Below are positions 8,858-17,610 of a DNA stretch of 64,000 bases, one piece after another. Below the pieces are notes generated by a model that was not told the origin of the DNA, did no database searches, and saw only the letters and a program-made list of their open reading frames with translations. This DNA is from Candidatus Omnitrophota bacterium (lineage in GTDB: Bacteria > Omnitrophota > Gorgyraeia > Gygaellales > Profunditerraquicolaceae): the NCBI GenBank assembly GCA_028712255.1, contig JAQTQJ010000001.1, positions 12,366-76,365 on the forward strand. Direction: 5' to 3'. Both the position numbers and the translations under genes were made by a program. Every line of letters starts with the position of its first letter. Position 1 is the stretch's first letter.

Positions 8858-9382
8858 ATGAAAAAGAAAACAATAATACATAAGCGTCCATCCGCCACTA
8901 AGGCGTTGGCGGAGGGCCGGCAAAACATTGATAGGGTGCGGCCGACCTGGGATGAATATTTTTTGGAGATGGCTCAGCTTGTTTCTAAAAGGTCAACCTG
9001 CTTGCGCCGCAGCGTGGGGGCAGTCTTAGTAAGAGACAAAAGAATTCTGGCTACCGGTTACAACGGAGCGCCTAGCGGCCTCAAGCACTGCATTGAAATC
9101 GGCTGCCTGCGCCAGAAATTAAATATTCCATCCGGAGAGCGCCATGAACTCTGTCGCGCGCTGCATGCGGAGCAAAACGCGCTTATCCAGTCATCATTGC
9201 ACGGAATAAGTGTCAAAGGCGCCACATTATATGCCACTACCCAGCCTTGTGTTATTTGCGCCAAAATGCTAATTAACGCCGGAATAAAAGAGATTGTGAT
9301 TACCCAAGGTTATCCGGATAAAATGGCGATTGGGTTATTGAACCAGGCAAAAATTAAAGTAAGGAAAATAGCAACAGCTTGA
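8858..9382 (+). CDS. comEB: dCMP deaminase (ComEB-type)
   Basis: HAEQNA...[14 protein letters not shown] zinc-binding CDA motifs, WDEYFLEMA start. Confidence 0.8.
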   Translation: MKKKTIIHKRPSATKALAEGRQNIDRVRPTWDEYFLEMAQLVSKRSTCLRRSVGAVLVRDKRILATGYNGAPSGLKHCIEIGCLRQKLNIPSGERHELCRALHAEQNALIQSSLHGISVKGATLYATTQPCVICAKMLINAGIKEIVITQGYPDKMAIGLLNQAKIKVRKIATA

Positions 9383-9399
9383 TTACCAGAAATATGACA

Positions 9400-9474
9400 G
9401 TGTCATTGCGAGCCCGAAGGGCGAAGCAATCTTTTAAAGGATTGCTTCGTCGCTGTCGCTCCTCGCAATGACAC
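9400..9474. repeat. nested-palindrome element, full copy (loop ttttaaagg)
   Basis: gtgtcattgcgagcccgaagggcgaagcaatcttttaaaggattgcttcgtcgctgtcgctcctcgcaatgacac. Confidence 0.85.
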
Positions 9475-9487
9475 AAATACAAAAAAT

Positions 9488-9955
9488 ATGAGATGCCCGT
9501 TTTGCGGATTTAAAGAAGATAAAGTTGTGGATTCCCGCGCTACCGGTGAAGAATCGGCGGTCAGGCGCAGGAGGCAATGCTTAAAGTGCGGTAAGCGCTT
9601 CACTACTTATGAATATATTGAAGAGAATTCTCTGCTGGTGATTAAAAAAGACGGCCGCCGTCAGGCATTTGACCGCAAAAAAATATTAGCCGGAATAATC
9701 CGCGCCTGCGAAAAAAGGCCGGTGGGTGTTGATAGGATGGAGGATGTAGTTACGCAGGTTGAGCGTGCCATCCAGAAAAAGAGCGACCGGGAGGTTTCAG
9801 CAAGCCGGATCGGTGAACTGGTAATGGAGAGGCTCAAATTAATCGATGATGTCGCTTACGTACGTTTTGCCTCAGTCTACCGCCAGTTCAAAGACGTCGG
9901 CCAGTTTATGGTGGAATTAAAAGATATTCTAGGTAAAGATAAGAAAAAGAAGTAA
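9488..9955 (+). CDS. nrdR: transcriptional repressor NrdR
   Basis: MRCPFCG...KVVDSR zinc ribbon followed by an ATP-cone. Confidence 0.9.
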   Translation: MRCPFCGFKEDKVVDSRATGEESAVRRRRQCLKCGKRFTTYEYIEENSLLVIKKDGRRQAFDRKKILAGIIRACEKRPVGVDRMEDVVTQVERAIQKKSDREVSASRIGELVMERLKLIDDVAYVRFASVYRQFKDVGQFMVELKDILGKDKKKK

Positions 9956-9977
9956 TTAACGGTTTCGCAATAGCACC

Positions 9978-10040
9978 AGTGTCATTGCGAGGAGTCCGAC
10001 AACGTTTCAGTGGCGGACGACGAAGCAATCTAATAAAGTC
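9978..10040. repeat. nested-palindrome element, left half only
   Basis: gtgtcattgcgaggagtccgacaacgtttcagtggcggacgacgaagcaatctaataaa. Confidence 0.8.
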
Positions 10041-10049
10041 AGTATAGGA

Positions 10050-10082
10050 GGGACCGTCCCACAAGGGACTGTCCCTTTTTTA
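10050..10082 (+). terminator. rho-independent terminator GGGACCGTCCC-acaa-GGGACTGTCCC + T-run (variant of the GGGGACGG hairpin family)
   Basis: perfect 11-bp stem followed by TTTTTTATTTT, downstream of nrdR. Confidence 0.75.
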
Positions 10083-10085
10083 TTT

Positions 10086-10126
10086 TGTTAGATTTTACCA
10101 CTTCCTTCGTCTATTGTAGTAGCAAG
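10086..10126 (+). promoter_or_regulatory. conserved motif TGTTAGAT-N14-CGTCTATTGTAGTAG (copy 1 of 4)
   Basis: near-identical 40-nt sequence also at approx. 17774, 31040, 51276, always upstream of a small regulatory gene. Confidence 0.5.
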
Positions 10127-10135
10127 TTAATAACC

Positions 10136-10164
10136 TTGACATAATATACCAAATATGGTATATT
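10136..10164 (+). promoter_or_regulatory. sigma70-type promoter TTGACA-17-TATATT overlapping a perfect 16-bp palindrome ATACCAAATATGGTAT (candidate HigA operator)
   Basis: seen in sequence about 15-45 nt upstream of higB-like start. Confidence 0.55.
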
Positions 10165-10179
10165 TTAAGGGAGAGAAGC

Positions 10180-10533
10180 ATGATTAAGAAATTGAATTTT
10201 GTAGGTTCATCTCAAGAAGATATTAAGGATTTTCCGGAAGAAGTACGTTTAGACATCGGTTATGCGCTCTTTGTAGCTCAGAGAGGGGAAAAGTCGGAAG
10301 CGGCAAAGCCTTTGAGGGGGTTTGGTGGAGCCGGAGTCTTGGAAATCGTTGAGAACTTTGAGGGTAATACGTATCGGGCAGTTTATACCGTGAAATTCTC
10401 CAATGCGCTGTATGTGTTGCATTGTTTTCAAAAAAAGTCCAAACACGGTATTAAAACGCCACAACAAGATATTAATTTAATTAAACAGCGTTTACGAACA
10501 GTAGAAGAAGAGTATAATATATATTATAAATGA
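10180..10533 (+). CDS. type II toxin, HigB/Gp49-like (RelE/ParE superfamily)
   Basis: 117 aa, YRAVYTVKFSNALYVLHCFQKKS...TPQQDINLIKQR pattern of phage Gp49/HigB killer proteins; followed by XRE antitoxin. Confidence 0.6.
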   Translation: MIKKLNFVGSSQEDIKDFPEEVRLDIGYALFVAQRGEKSEAAKPLRGFGGAGVLEIVENFEGNTYRAVYTVKFSNALYVLHCFQKKSKHGIKTPQQDINLIKQRLRTVEEEYNIYYK

Positions 10534-10545
10534 GGGGTATTTACT

Positions 10546-10878
10546 ATGAGCATTAATAAAAATATTCATAAAGGAAGTGGTAATGTTTTTGCGGACATCG
10601 GGCTTGCTTTTCCCGAAAGAGTCCAAGCTCGGGCTGAGATAATGTTACTCATTGCGGGAATCATCAAAAAACGCGGCCTGACCCAAAAACAAGCATCTAA
10701 GCTTTTAGGGATTCCTCAGTCCAAAGTTTCCTGTTTAGTCAATGGTAAGCTTAGTATGTTTTCTCTGGATCATCTTTTCCAGCTATTAAATTTATTAGGT
10801 AATGACGTCGAGATCACCGTAAAACCGAAAACTAAAGCTGAAAGAATAGCCACAACACACGTTTTACAACTGGCTTAA
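10546..10878 (+). CDS. HigA-like antitoxin, XRE-family HTH protein
   Basis: RGLTQKQASKLLGIPQSKVSCLVNGK helix-turn-helix; 110 aa directly downstream of toxin. Confidence 0.6.
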   Translation: MSINKNIHKGSGNVFADIGLAFPERVQARAEIMLLIAGIIKKRGLTQKQASKLLGIPQSKVSCLVNGKLSMFSLDHLFQLLNLLGNDVEITVKPKTKAERIATTHVLQLA

Positions 10879-10895
10879 GAATAACCTGATTCACT

Positions 10896-12728
10896 ATGCC
10901 TCAACCCAATTACATCTCTAACGAAATGTCCGCTTGCCTCAAGAGCTACTGGGGTTACACCCAGTTTCGGCCTTGGCAGGAGGATACTATTTTGGCCATT
11001 CTCGATGAGCGGGAAACCTTGACCATCCTACCCACCGGCGGCGGCAAATCGCTATGTTTTCAGCTTCCGGCTTTGTTAAAGGATGGTATGGCAGTAGTTA
11101 TCTCACCCCTAATTTCTCTAATGAAGGATCAAGTCGATGGCCTTAAAGATATGGGTATCTCCGCCGAATGCCTTAACTCCAGTCAGACCGCCAGCCAGCA
11201 GCGCGCGGTGATCGAGCGTATCCGCGACAGTCAGATTAAACTTTTGTATATTTCTCCTGAACGCCTGCAAACTGAAGAGACTATGGAGTTATTAAGATCA
11301 GCCACTTTGTCATTCTTTGTGATCGATGAAGCGCATTGCATTAGCCATTGGGGCCATGATTTTCGGGATGAATACCGCCAGCTCGGTAATATCAAAGATA
11401 ATTTCCCGGGAATAAATATTCATGCTTTTACCGCTACCGCCACCAAAGAAGTCCAGGAAGATATTCTTAGCCAGCTTAGGTTCGTTAGCCCGCGGATCAA
11501 CATCGCCTCAGTTGACCGTCCCAATCTGGCCTATCGGGTTATGCCTCGGCAGAGTATTATTCCTCAGCTGACTGAAGTTTTAGAGAAGCATTCTAAAGAA
11601 GCCGGGATCATTTATTGCCTGCGCCGCAAAGACGTGGATGATATTTCCCAAAAGCTAAATAAATTAGGATATAAAAATTTGCCTTACCACGCAGGGCTAA
11701 CCGACGAAGAGCGTCATGCCAACCAGGAGCGTTTTATCCGCGAAGAAGTCAATATTATCGTCGCCACTGTAGCTTTTGGCATGGGCATCGACCGTTCGGA
11801 TATCCGTTTTGTAATTCACGCCGCTATGCCCAAGAGTATCGAGCATTACCATCAGGAAACCGGACGCGCCGGCCGGGACGGTTTGCCTTCATACTGCTAC
11901 ATGTTTTACGGAGGGGGAGATTTCCGAGTCTGGGAATTTTTCTCCAAACAGTCTGCCAATCGCCAGGTCATGCTGGATAAATTAAGGATTATGTATAATT
12001 TTTGCACTCAGCCCCAATGCCGGCATAAAGTTTTCGTCAATTACTTTGGCCAGCAATATCAGCAGCCAACTTGTCAGGCCTGTGATTATTGCCTGGGCGA
12101 AGTGGATATGGTTGATGATCCGTTGCAGCTGGGCCAAACAATACTTAATTGTGTCGCCACCGTTAGATACGGCGATGACCAGGGTTTTGGCGCCGGATAC
12201 CTAGCTAATGTTTTAAAAGGAAACATCACCGACCAGATCACGAGATGGGGACACGATGCTCATCCAAATTTTGGTACAATGTCTAGCCAAACGCTTAATT
12301 TTATCCGCTACCTGATCGAACAGCTTATCGGCCAGGGTTTCTTGGAACGTCAGGGCGAATATGATACTCTTGGTTTAACTGATTTTGGCCAGAAACTTCT
12401 AAGCGGAGAGGTGGCTCCGATATTAGCCAAGCCACTAGTCGCTGAGAAAAAGAAAGCCATCAGCGCCCGCCAAAAAGCCAAAAAAGCCCAAGATTTCGCC
12501 GGGGTGGATGAGGAATTATTCGAATTACTCCGCGCCAAACGATCCGAATTAGCCAGAAAACAAGGCGTCCCCGCCTACATCATCTTCGGCGACAAGTCGC
12601 TAAAGGATATGGCCACCCGCAAGCCCACCACCCGAGCAGCCTTCTCCGAGGTCTTCGGGGTCGGTGAACACAAACTAAAAACCTACGCCGATCAGTTCAT
12701 AAGCGTGATCAAACAGCATATCAAATAG
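10896..12728 (+). CDS. recQ: ATP-dependent DNA helicase RecQ
   Basis: helicase motifs (TGGGKSLCFQ, DEAHCISHWGHDFR), zinc-binding C-x-C cluster, C-terminal HRDC-like region. Confidence 0.9.
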   Translation: MPQPNYISNEMSACLKSYWGYTQFRPWQEDTILAILDERETLTILPTGGGKSLCFQLPALLKDGMAVVISPLISLMKDQVDGLKDMGISAECLNSSQTASQQRAVIERIRDSQIKLLYISPERLQTEETMELLRSATLSFFVIDEAHCISHWGHDFRDEYRQLGNIKDNFPGINIHAFTATATKEVQEDILSQLRFVSPRINIASVDRPNLAYRVMPRQSIIPQLTEVLEKHSKEAGIIYCLRRKDVDDISQKLNKLGYKNLPYHAGLTDEERHANQERFIREEVNIIVATVAFGMGIDRSDIRFVIHAAMPKSIEHYHQETGRAGRDGLPSYCYMFYGGGDFRVWEFFSKQSANRQVMLDKLRIMYNFCTQPQCRHKVFVNYFGQQYQQPTCQACDYCLGEVDMVDDPLQLGQTILNCVATVRYGDDQGFGAGYLANVLKGNITDQITRWGHDAHPNFGTMSSQTLNFIRYLIEQLIGQGFLERQGEYDTLGLTDFGQKLLSGEVAPILAKPLVAEKKKAISARQKAKKAQDFAGVDEELFELLRAKRSELARKQGVPAYIIFGDKSLKDMATRKPTTRAAFSEVFGVGEHKLKTYADQFISVIKQHIK

Positions 12729-12757
12729 GGACTGTCCCCGAAGGGGACTGTCCCTAT
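12727..12757 (+). terminator. hairpin GGGACTGTCCCC-gaag-GGGACTGTCCC directly after recQ stop
   Basis: seen in sequence; same arm sequence as 10050 hairpin. Confidence 0.6.
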
Positions 12758-12768
12758 TCCGTATTCCG

Positions 12769-12832
12769 TCGTCATTCTGAGGGAGTCCGCCAACGTTCTG
12801 TGGCGGACGACGAAGCAATCTTTTTGGAACAT
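12769..12832. repeat. nested-palindrome element, left-half variant (GTCATTCTGAGG...GACGAAGCAATCT)
   Basis: cgtcgtcattctgagggagtccgccaacgttctgtggcggacgacgaagcaatct. Confidence 0.75.
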
Positions 12833-13062
12833 TACTGCTACCCGGAAACTGTTCTAGCGTTTTCTTTTTTCGATTCCATGGTATAATAAAACACATAGAA
12901 AGATAATGATTGACTGAGTAAAATAAAATGATAGAATCAAAAATGAAAGTCAGGTGTGGTACGTTTGAAGGGGGAATCTGCCACGTTAAAATAATCCAAA
13001 CCTTCGCTAAAAAGAGCGGAGGTTTTTTGTTTTTAGGCTCGTTCTATTCGTAAATTTGTAAT

Positions 13063-13509
13063 ATGGGGTTAATCATGAAAGCTTGTATAAAAGAAATCAT
13101 CGTTGATAAAATAAATAAATCTGAATGGTGGCATGTGCCGCCTCAGGATTCCAGGGCATATAGTAAACGTGGTAAGTTTTTGGCATCGACTTATCAACAG
13201 GCAGAATTTTATGGAAGGCCAAGTGATACTCCTGAGAGTGTATTCATTTCTAATCCTATCTATGGTTTTTCCGAACGAGAAATTCTTATGCAATTGTTCC
13301 CGAATGGGCATAATATGCAATTGCTTGACCAATTGGAGAATGAAAAATTCTGGTATCAGGAAAGGATAGATTTAGACGCTAAGATGTTTGAGAGAGCTAA
13401 ATTCCTAGGTTACGATGCCATTGTTCTTATGACTCCGTCTGGAAAAAAAGATCTTAAAAAGAATAGAAAACCACGTTCGATCGAACTTAATTTATTATGT
13501 ACTCAATAA
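13063..13509 (+). CDS. hypothetical protein, first gene of R-M-like operon
   Basis: 148 aa, no recognisable domain; 4 nt before the Dam-like MTase gene. Confidence 0.3.
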   Translation: MGLIMKACIKEIIVDKINKSEWWHVPPQDSRAYSKRGKFLASTYQQAEFYGRPSDTPESVFISNPIYGFSEREILMQLFPNGHNMQLLDQLENEKFWYQERIDLDAKMFERAKFLGYDAIVLMTPSGKKDLKKNRKPRSIELNLLCTQ

Positions 13510-13512
13510 TTC

Positions 13513-14454
13513 ATGGAATATAGAATGATTACGGCGTTAAAGCAAGCTAAGCCGTTTCTAAAATGGGCAGGAGGTAAGGGGCAGCTCCTCAACCAATTTA
13601 AGACATATTTTCCTCTGGAACTAAACGGCAAGGGGATTATTAAACATTATTATGAGCCATTTCTAGGCAGCGGAGCTGTTTTTTTCTGGGTCAAACAAAA
13701 TTGTAAACTGAAAGACGCTTTTATTAACGAATTTAACCCTGATATATATTTGTGTTATGCGGCAATCCAAAACAGTGTTGAGAAAGTAATTAAGTCGTTG
13801 CGAGCATTGGAGAAAAAATATTATTCTTTTGATAGTGTAGCCCAAGAAGAATTATATTATGAAATTAGGCACAAGTATAATGTTACGAGAAAGAATATAG
13901 ATTTTAAGCATTCTCAGGTTAAGAATTATCTTAATCGAGCCGCATCAACTATTTTTTTAAATCGTACTTGTTTTAATGGATTATACAGGGTTAATTCCAA
14001 GGGAGATTTTAATGTTCCTTTCGGCAGGTATAAAAATCCAACCATTTGTAATGATGATAATCTTAGGGCAGTAAGTGAGCTTTTGCAGGGAGCAGTAATA
14101 ACTAATGATGATTTCGGCGTAGTCGAGCGGCAAATCAAAGCATCATCTTTTGTTTACTTCGATCCCCCGTATAGGCCTTTGAATAAAACATCCAATTTTA
14201 CTTCATATTCTGCCAGTGAGTTTAATGATAGTGAACAGCAACGTCTTTCTGCTGTGTTTAAAAAGTTAAATAACATTAATGGCGTAAAACTTATGCTTAG
14301 CAATTCTGACCCTAAGAATGAGGATAAGGACGATAATTTTTTTGATAAGCTATATAGTGGTTTTCGCATTGAGCGTCTAAAAGCTCGAAGAATGATAAAC
14401 TGTGATGCTTCAAAACGGAGCGAGATTAACGAGATTCTGGTCATGAATTATTAA
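13513..14454 (+). CDS. Dam-family (alpha-class) DNA adenine methyltransferase
   Basis: LKWAGGKGQLL...EPFLGSGAVFF (motif I) and FVYFDPPY (motif IV) in Dam/D12 order. Confidence 0.8.
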   Translation: MEYRMITALKQAKPFLKWAGGKGQLLNQFKTYFPLELNGKGIIKHYYEPFLGSGAVFFWVKQNCKLKDAFINEFNPDIYLCYAAIQNSVEKVIKSLRALEKKYYSFDSVAQEELYYEIRHKYNVTRKNIDFKHSQVKNYLNRAASTIFLNRTCFNGLYRVNSKGDFNVPFGRYKNPTICNDDNLRAVSELLQGAVITNDDFGVVERQIKASSFVYFDPPYRPLNKTSNFTSYSASEFNDSEQQRLSAVFKKLNNINGVKLMLSNSDPKNEDKDDNFFDKLYSGFRIERLKARRMINCDASKRSEINEILVMNY

Positions 14455-14465
14455 ATCAAAGGTAT

Positions 14466-15032
14466 TTGAACATTGATAAGGAGCTATGTATGAAAACTGG
14501 TGGTTTAGGCGGAGCAAAAACATTAACAGGCCTGCATTTTGAAAGAAAAGTTGATTTTCAGCAGCTTATTGGCGATATTGCAGGCTATGAAGTTAAAACA
14601 GCCCTGGGAAAATCCGGAAAGGGAGTTTTCTTTGAGGGGAAGTTGGTTGCGAGATGTTTTAGGAAATATGAATTTTATAAATTTTTAACCGAGTCTAATG
14701 TTGATTGGAAAAAAATGATTGCAAAGAGACTTTTGCCCGATGACGCATTATTGGTTATTGTCCGTGAAACCCTATTTATTATTGAGGTTAAGTATCAACA
14801 AGTTGGTGGTTCAGTTGATGAGAAATTACAGACTTGTGACTTTAAGCGTAAACAGTATTTTAAGCTGGTTTCTTCACTTGGGTTAAAAGTAGAATATGTT
14901 TATGTTTTAAATGATTGGTTCAGAAAACCGGAATATAAAGATGTATTAGATTATATACATAGCGTGAATTGTCACTATAGGTTTAATGAGCTTCCTATGG
15001 CATGGCTTGGATTACCACTCAAAAAAGCATAA
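14466..15032 (+). CDS. putative PD-(D/E)xK nuclease, candidate restriction endonuclease
   Basis: PDDALLVIVRETLFIIEVKYQQ fits the D-x(n)-ExK catalytic pattern; sandwiched between two MTase genes; no nameable family. Confidence 0.4.
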   Translation: MNIDKELCMKTGGLGGAKTLTGLHFERKVDFQQLIGDIAGYEVKTALGKSGKGVFFEGKLVARCFRKYEFYKFLTESNVDWKKMIAKRLLPDDALLVIVRETLFIIEVKYQQVGGSVDEKLQTCDFKRKQYFKLVSSLGLKVEYVYVLNDWFRKPEYKDVLDYIHSVNCHYRFNELPMAWLGLPLKKA

Positions 15033-15818
15033 ATGGAAAACAAGTGCGAGCAGGATGATTTAGAGCTTCAGACTACAACAGTATGGTCATTCCCCAATCG
15101 CGGTAAATGGTTAACGCATAACGCTAAGTATCGTGGTAATTGGGCCCCTCAAATCCCCAATAATCTCATCCGGCTTTATTCTAAAGAAGGCGACACTGTT
15201 TTAGACCCAATGGTTGGCAGTGGTACTACAATGATTGAAGCAAAATCATTGGGCCGGAGAGGAATAGGTTTTGATATCCATCTCGAAGTTATCAAACTTG
15301 CTCAGGAATCATGTAAATTTGATTGTGACAAATGTTATGAGTCGGTCATTAAACACGGGGATGCCCGGGATCTAAAATCCGTAGAAGGCGAAAGCATTGA
15401 TTTAATTACTACTCATCCCCCATATTTAAACATTATTAAATATGGTGATAAAGAAATCGAAGGCGATCTCTCTGCAATTTACAGTCTTTCGAAATTTTGT
15501 GATGAGATAGAAAAAGTCGCTCTGGAATGTTATCGTGTTCTCAAGTCTGGTAAATATTGTGCAATCCTCATAGGAGATACGCGTCGTAGGCGGCATTATG
15601 TTCCGCTTGCCTTTAATGTTATGAACCGTTTTCTTAAGGCTGGGTTTATTCTCAAGGAAGACATTATAAAGCTTCAGCATAATTGTTCCACAACTAAGTA
15701 TTGGAACGCGCAGGAAAAAGATTTCTTACTCATTATGCATGAGCATCTATTTGTTTTTCGTAAAATAGGGAAGGAAGAACAGAGTGGCATCTTTAAGGAT
15801 AGTAGTGCGATTAATTGA
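15033..15818 (+). CDS. SAM-dependent methyltransferase, gamma-type (DPMVGSGTT ... TTHPPY), second MTase of the cassette
   Basis: FxGxG SAM motif about 75 residues before an (D/H)PPY catalytic motif; UPF0020/N6-N4 MTase-like. Confidence 0.55.
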   Translation: MENKCEQDDLELQTTTVWSFPNRGKWLTHNAKYRGNWAPQIPNNLIRLYSKEGDTVLDPMVGSGTTMIEAKSLGRRGIGFDIHLEVIKLAQESCKFDCDKCYESVIKHGDARDLKSVEGESIDLITTHPPYLNIIKYGDKEIEGDLSAIYSLSKFCDEIEKVALECYRVLKSGKYCAILIGDTRRRRHYVPLAFNVMNRFLKAGFILKEDIIKLQHNCSTTKYWNAQEKDFLLIMHEHLFVFRKIGKEEQSGIFKDSSAIN

Positions 15819-15833
15819 GAAGTATGCTGTTGG

Positions 15834-16406
15834 GTGAGGTTAAAAATGGTTAAAGAAAAATTACCAGATATGAGTTTTAAAAGAGAGGGGTTAATTCATC
15901 AACCTTTAAAGACGTTTAAGGTCAATGGTTCTACAATTATCGCTGTCTATCGGGGTACATTGAGTACGCTTGATATATTGATAAAATATAGACAGAAGTC
16001 AAAGGATAAGAGGATGTGGTCTCGGATTAGAACCCCGAAGCATATTCATTGGACTGTTGATATTTTGATGAAAATGCAATCTTATGGAGATTTAACTAAA
16101 GAATTCATGGATTTTTTCGTCAGTATCTGGAATAAAACCGTTCCTCTTAAAAATGAAGTTGAAAGGCAATCATTAGATCTTGAAGGAATGCTGAATATTA
16201 GTAGAGTGGAAATAGGAAAATTCCAGAAGTTAAGCGAAAAGGGAGAGTATAGCGTAAGATTTTTGATACTCTTGGCTAAATTGTTAATGTTGCAAGAAAA
16301 AACAAATAGAGCTGATGCATATATGTTTAAACGCGTTTTGGACGGTTTAAGGAAGGAAGAAGATTTATTCCATATTCTGGCTACTGCTACCTTGGGCAAA
16401 AGATAG
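15834..16406 (+). CDS. hypothetical protein (last gene of R-M-like operon)
   Basis: 190 aa, no recognisable domain. Confidence 0.3.
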   Translation: MRLKMVKEKLPDMSFKREGLIHQPLKTFKVNGSTIIAVYRGTLSTLDILIKYRQKSKDKRMWSRIRTPKHIHWTVDILMKMQSYGDLTKEFMDFFVSIWNKTVPLKNEVERQSLDLEGMLNISRVEIGKFQKLSEKGEYSVRFLILLAKLLMLQEKTNRADAYMFKRVLDGLRKEEDLFHILATATLGKR

Positions 16407-16475
16407 GTAAAGGGAATTTTGGGTCCACAGAATTGCAAAATTGATAGTTTTTAAAGTGTTTCGCTAGATAAAAAA

Positions 16476-17117
16476 TTGATGTTTTCAGAATTAAGTCTCA
16501 ATAAAATAATTATGAAGAAAAGTAAAAAAATAAAACAAGAACGTTTCCATTACTCTTTGCAAATGGAGATGGCTGCTTGGGAACTTTATGGTATGAATAA
16601 GCGGCATGGAATGGCAAGCGCGTTTCAGAACTGTTCCTTCTTTAAGAAAGAGTGTAAAAATTTTATGAACAAAATTAGAAAGAGAATAAATCAGATAGTT
16701 ACCACGGATGAACTCTTCCGAGAAAATTTGAATGCTGATCTTGATAGTATAGAGAGAGAATTAAAATATTGTTCTAAAAATAATAATAACGATATTGATA
16801 TAATTGGTAAATTAATTAGTTTAGTTTCGCATCTTTTGGGTTGGGATCATTATGAGGGTGATTTTTATAGAACGCCGATGTTTTACCAGACAGAGGATCA
16901 GAAAGAAAAATCATTAAGAATTGTTGCTAAGCAAGGAGTCCCAAGCGAAACCGCGTTTCGCAGAAGAAATATTATTTTGCAATTACACAAAGAAGGTCTT
17001 TCATACCAACAGATTGGATTGATACTCGGTATTACTGATTCATGTGCAAAGCAGCTAGAAAAAGCAAGTCACTTAGATAAGTGGCATGAAGAAGAATTAA
17101 AAAGAAAGTCTCATTAG
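16476..17117 (+). CDS. hypothetical protein with C-terminal sigma-region-4/LuxR-like HTH
   Basis: LSYQQIGLILGITDSCAKQLEKAS helix-turn-helix near C-terminus. Confidence 0.3.
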   Translation: MMFSELSLNKIIMKKSKKIKQERFHYSLQMEMAAWELYGMNKRHGMASAFQNCSFFKKECKNFMNKIRKRINQIVTTDELFRENLNADLDSIERELKYCSKNNNNDIDIIGKLISLVSHLLGWDHYEGDFYRTPMFYQTEDQKEKSLRIVAKQGVPSETAFRRRNIILQLHKEGLSYQQIGLILGITDSCAKQLEKASHLDKWHEEELKRKSH

Positions 17118-17171
17118 TAAAATAAGACTAAGTGAGGCTTCTAGGTTGTTCATTCGTTAAAAGTAATCTAA

Positions 17172-17588
17172 ATGTCCGTCTACATATATTGCATTAGAGA
17201 AAATTATCGGTATCAATCCTCAATAACCGGACGGGAATTTGAGAATGAGTGGGTTAAGTTGGCTCTGGATGGCGCGATTATTATAAAGGGAACAAATTCC
17301 CAAGGGTATGCTTGGGATGGGTGCAGTCCTAAGTTTAAAATAAAAGATATTTATATTGGTGTTCCTGAGGCGGTGTTGAATTTTGGCACTGGGCAGAGTA
17401 AAACTTATTATGCTTCTTTAGTTCATGATGTATTCTATCAATTTAGCAAAAAGGTTAGGTTATTTATTAAGCGTAAGGAAGTTGATAGAGAGTTTTATGC
17501 TATTTTAAAAAGGGATGGTTTTAGGTTTGCGGGGTTGTATTATTTTTTTGTGCGCTTGTTTGGGTGGGTATGGTGGGGGAGGAGATAA
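17172..17588 (+). CDS. DUF1353-like phage-associated protein
   Basis: WDGCSPKF and LVHDVFYQ motifs reminiscent of DUF1353; weak. Confidence 0.3.
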   Translation: MSVYIYCIRENYRYQSSITGREFENEWVKLALDGAIIIKGTNSQGYAWDGCSPKFKIKDIYIGVPEAVLNFGTGQSKTYYASLVHDVFYQFSKKVRLFIKRKEVDREFYAILKRDGFRFAGLYYFFVRLFGWVWWGRR

Positions 17589-17610
17589 GTATTTAAGTAG
17601 GGCGTCAATT

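Noticed and set aside
12675-12896. 73-aa minus-strand ORF across the recQ end, terminator and repeat
   Set aside because: Composed of repeat and terminator sequence (LLRRPPQNVGGLPQ is the repeat read in reverse); no independent support.
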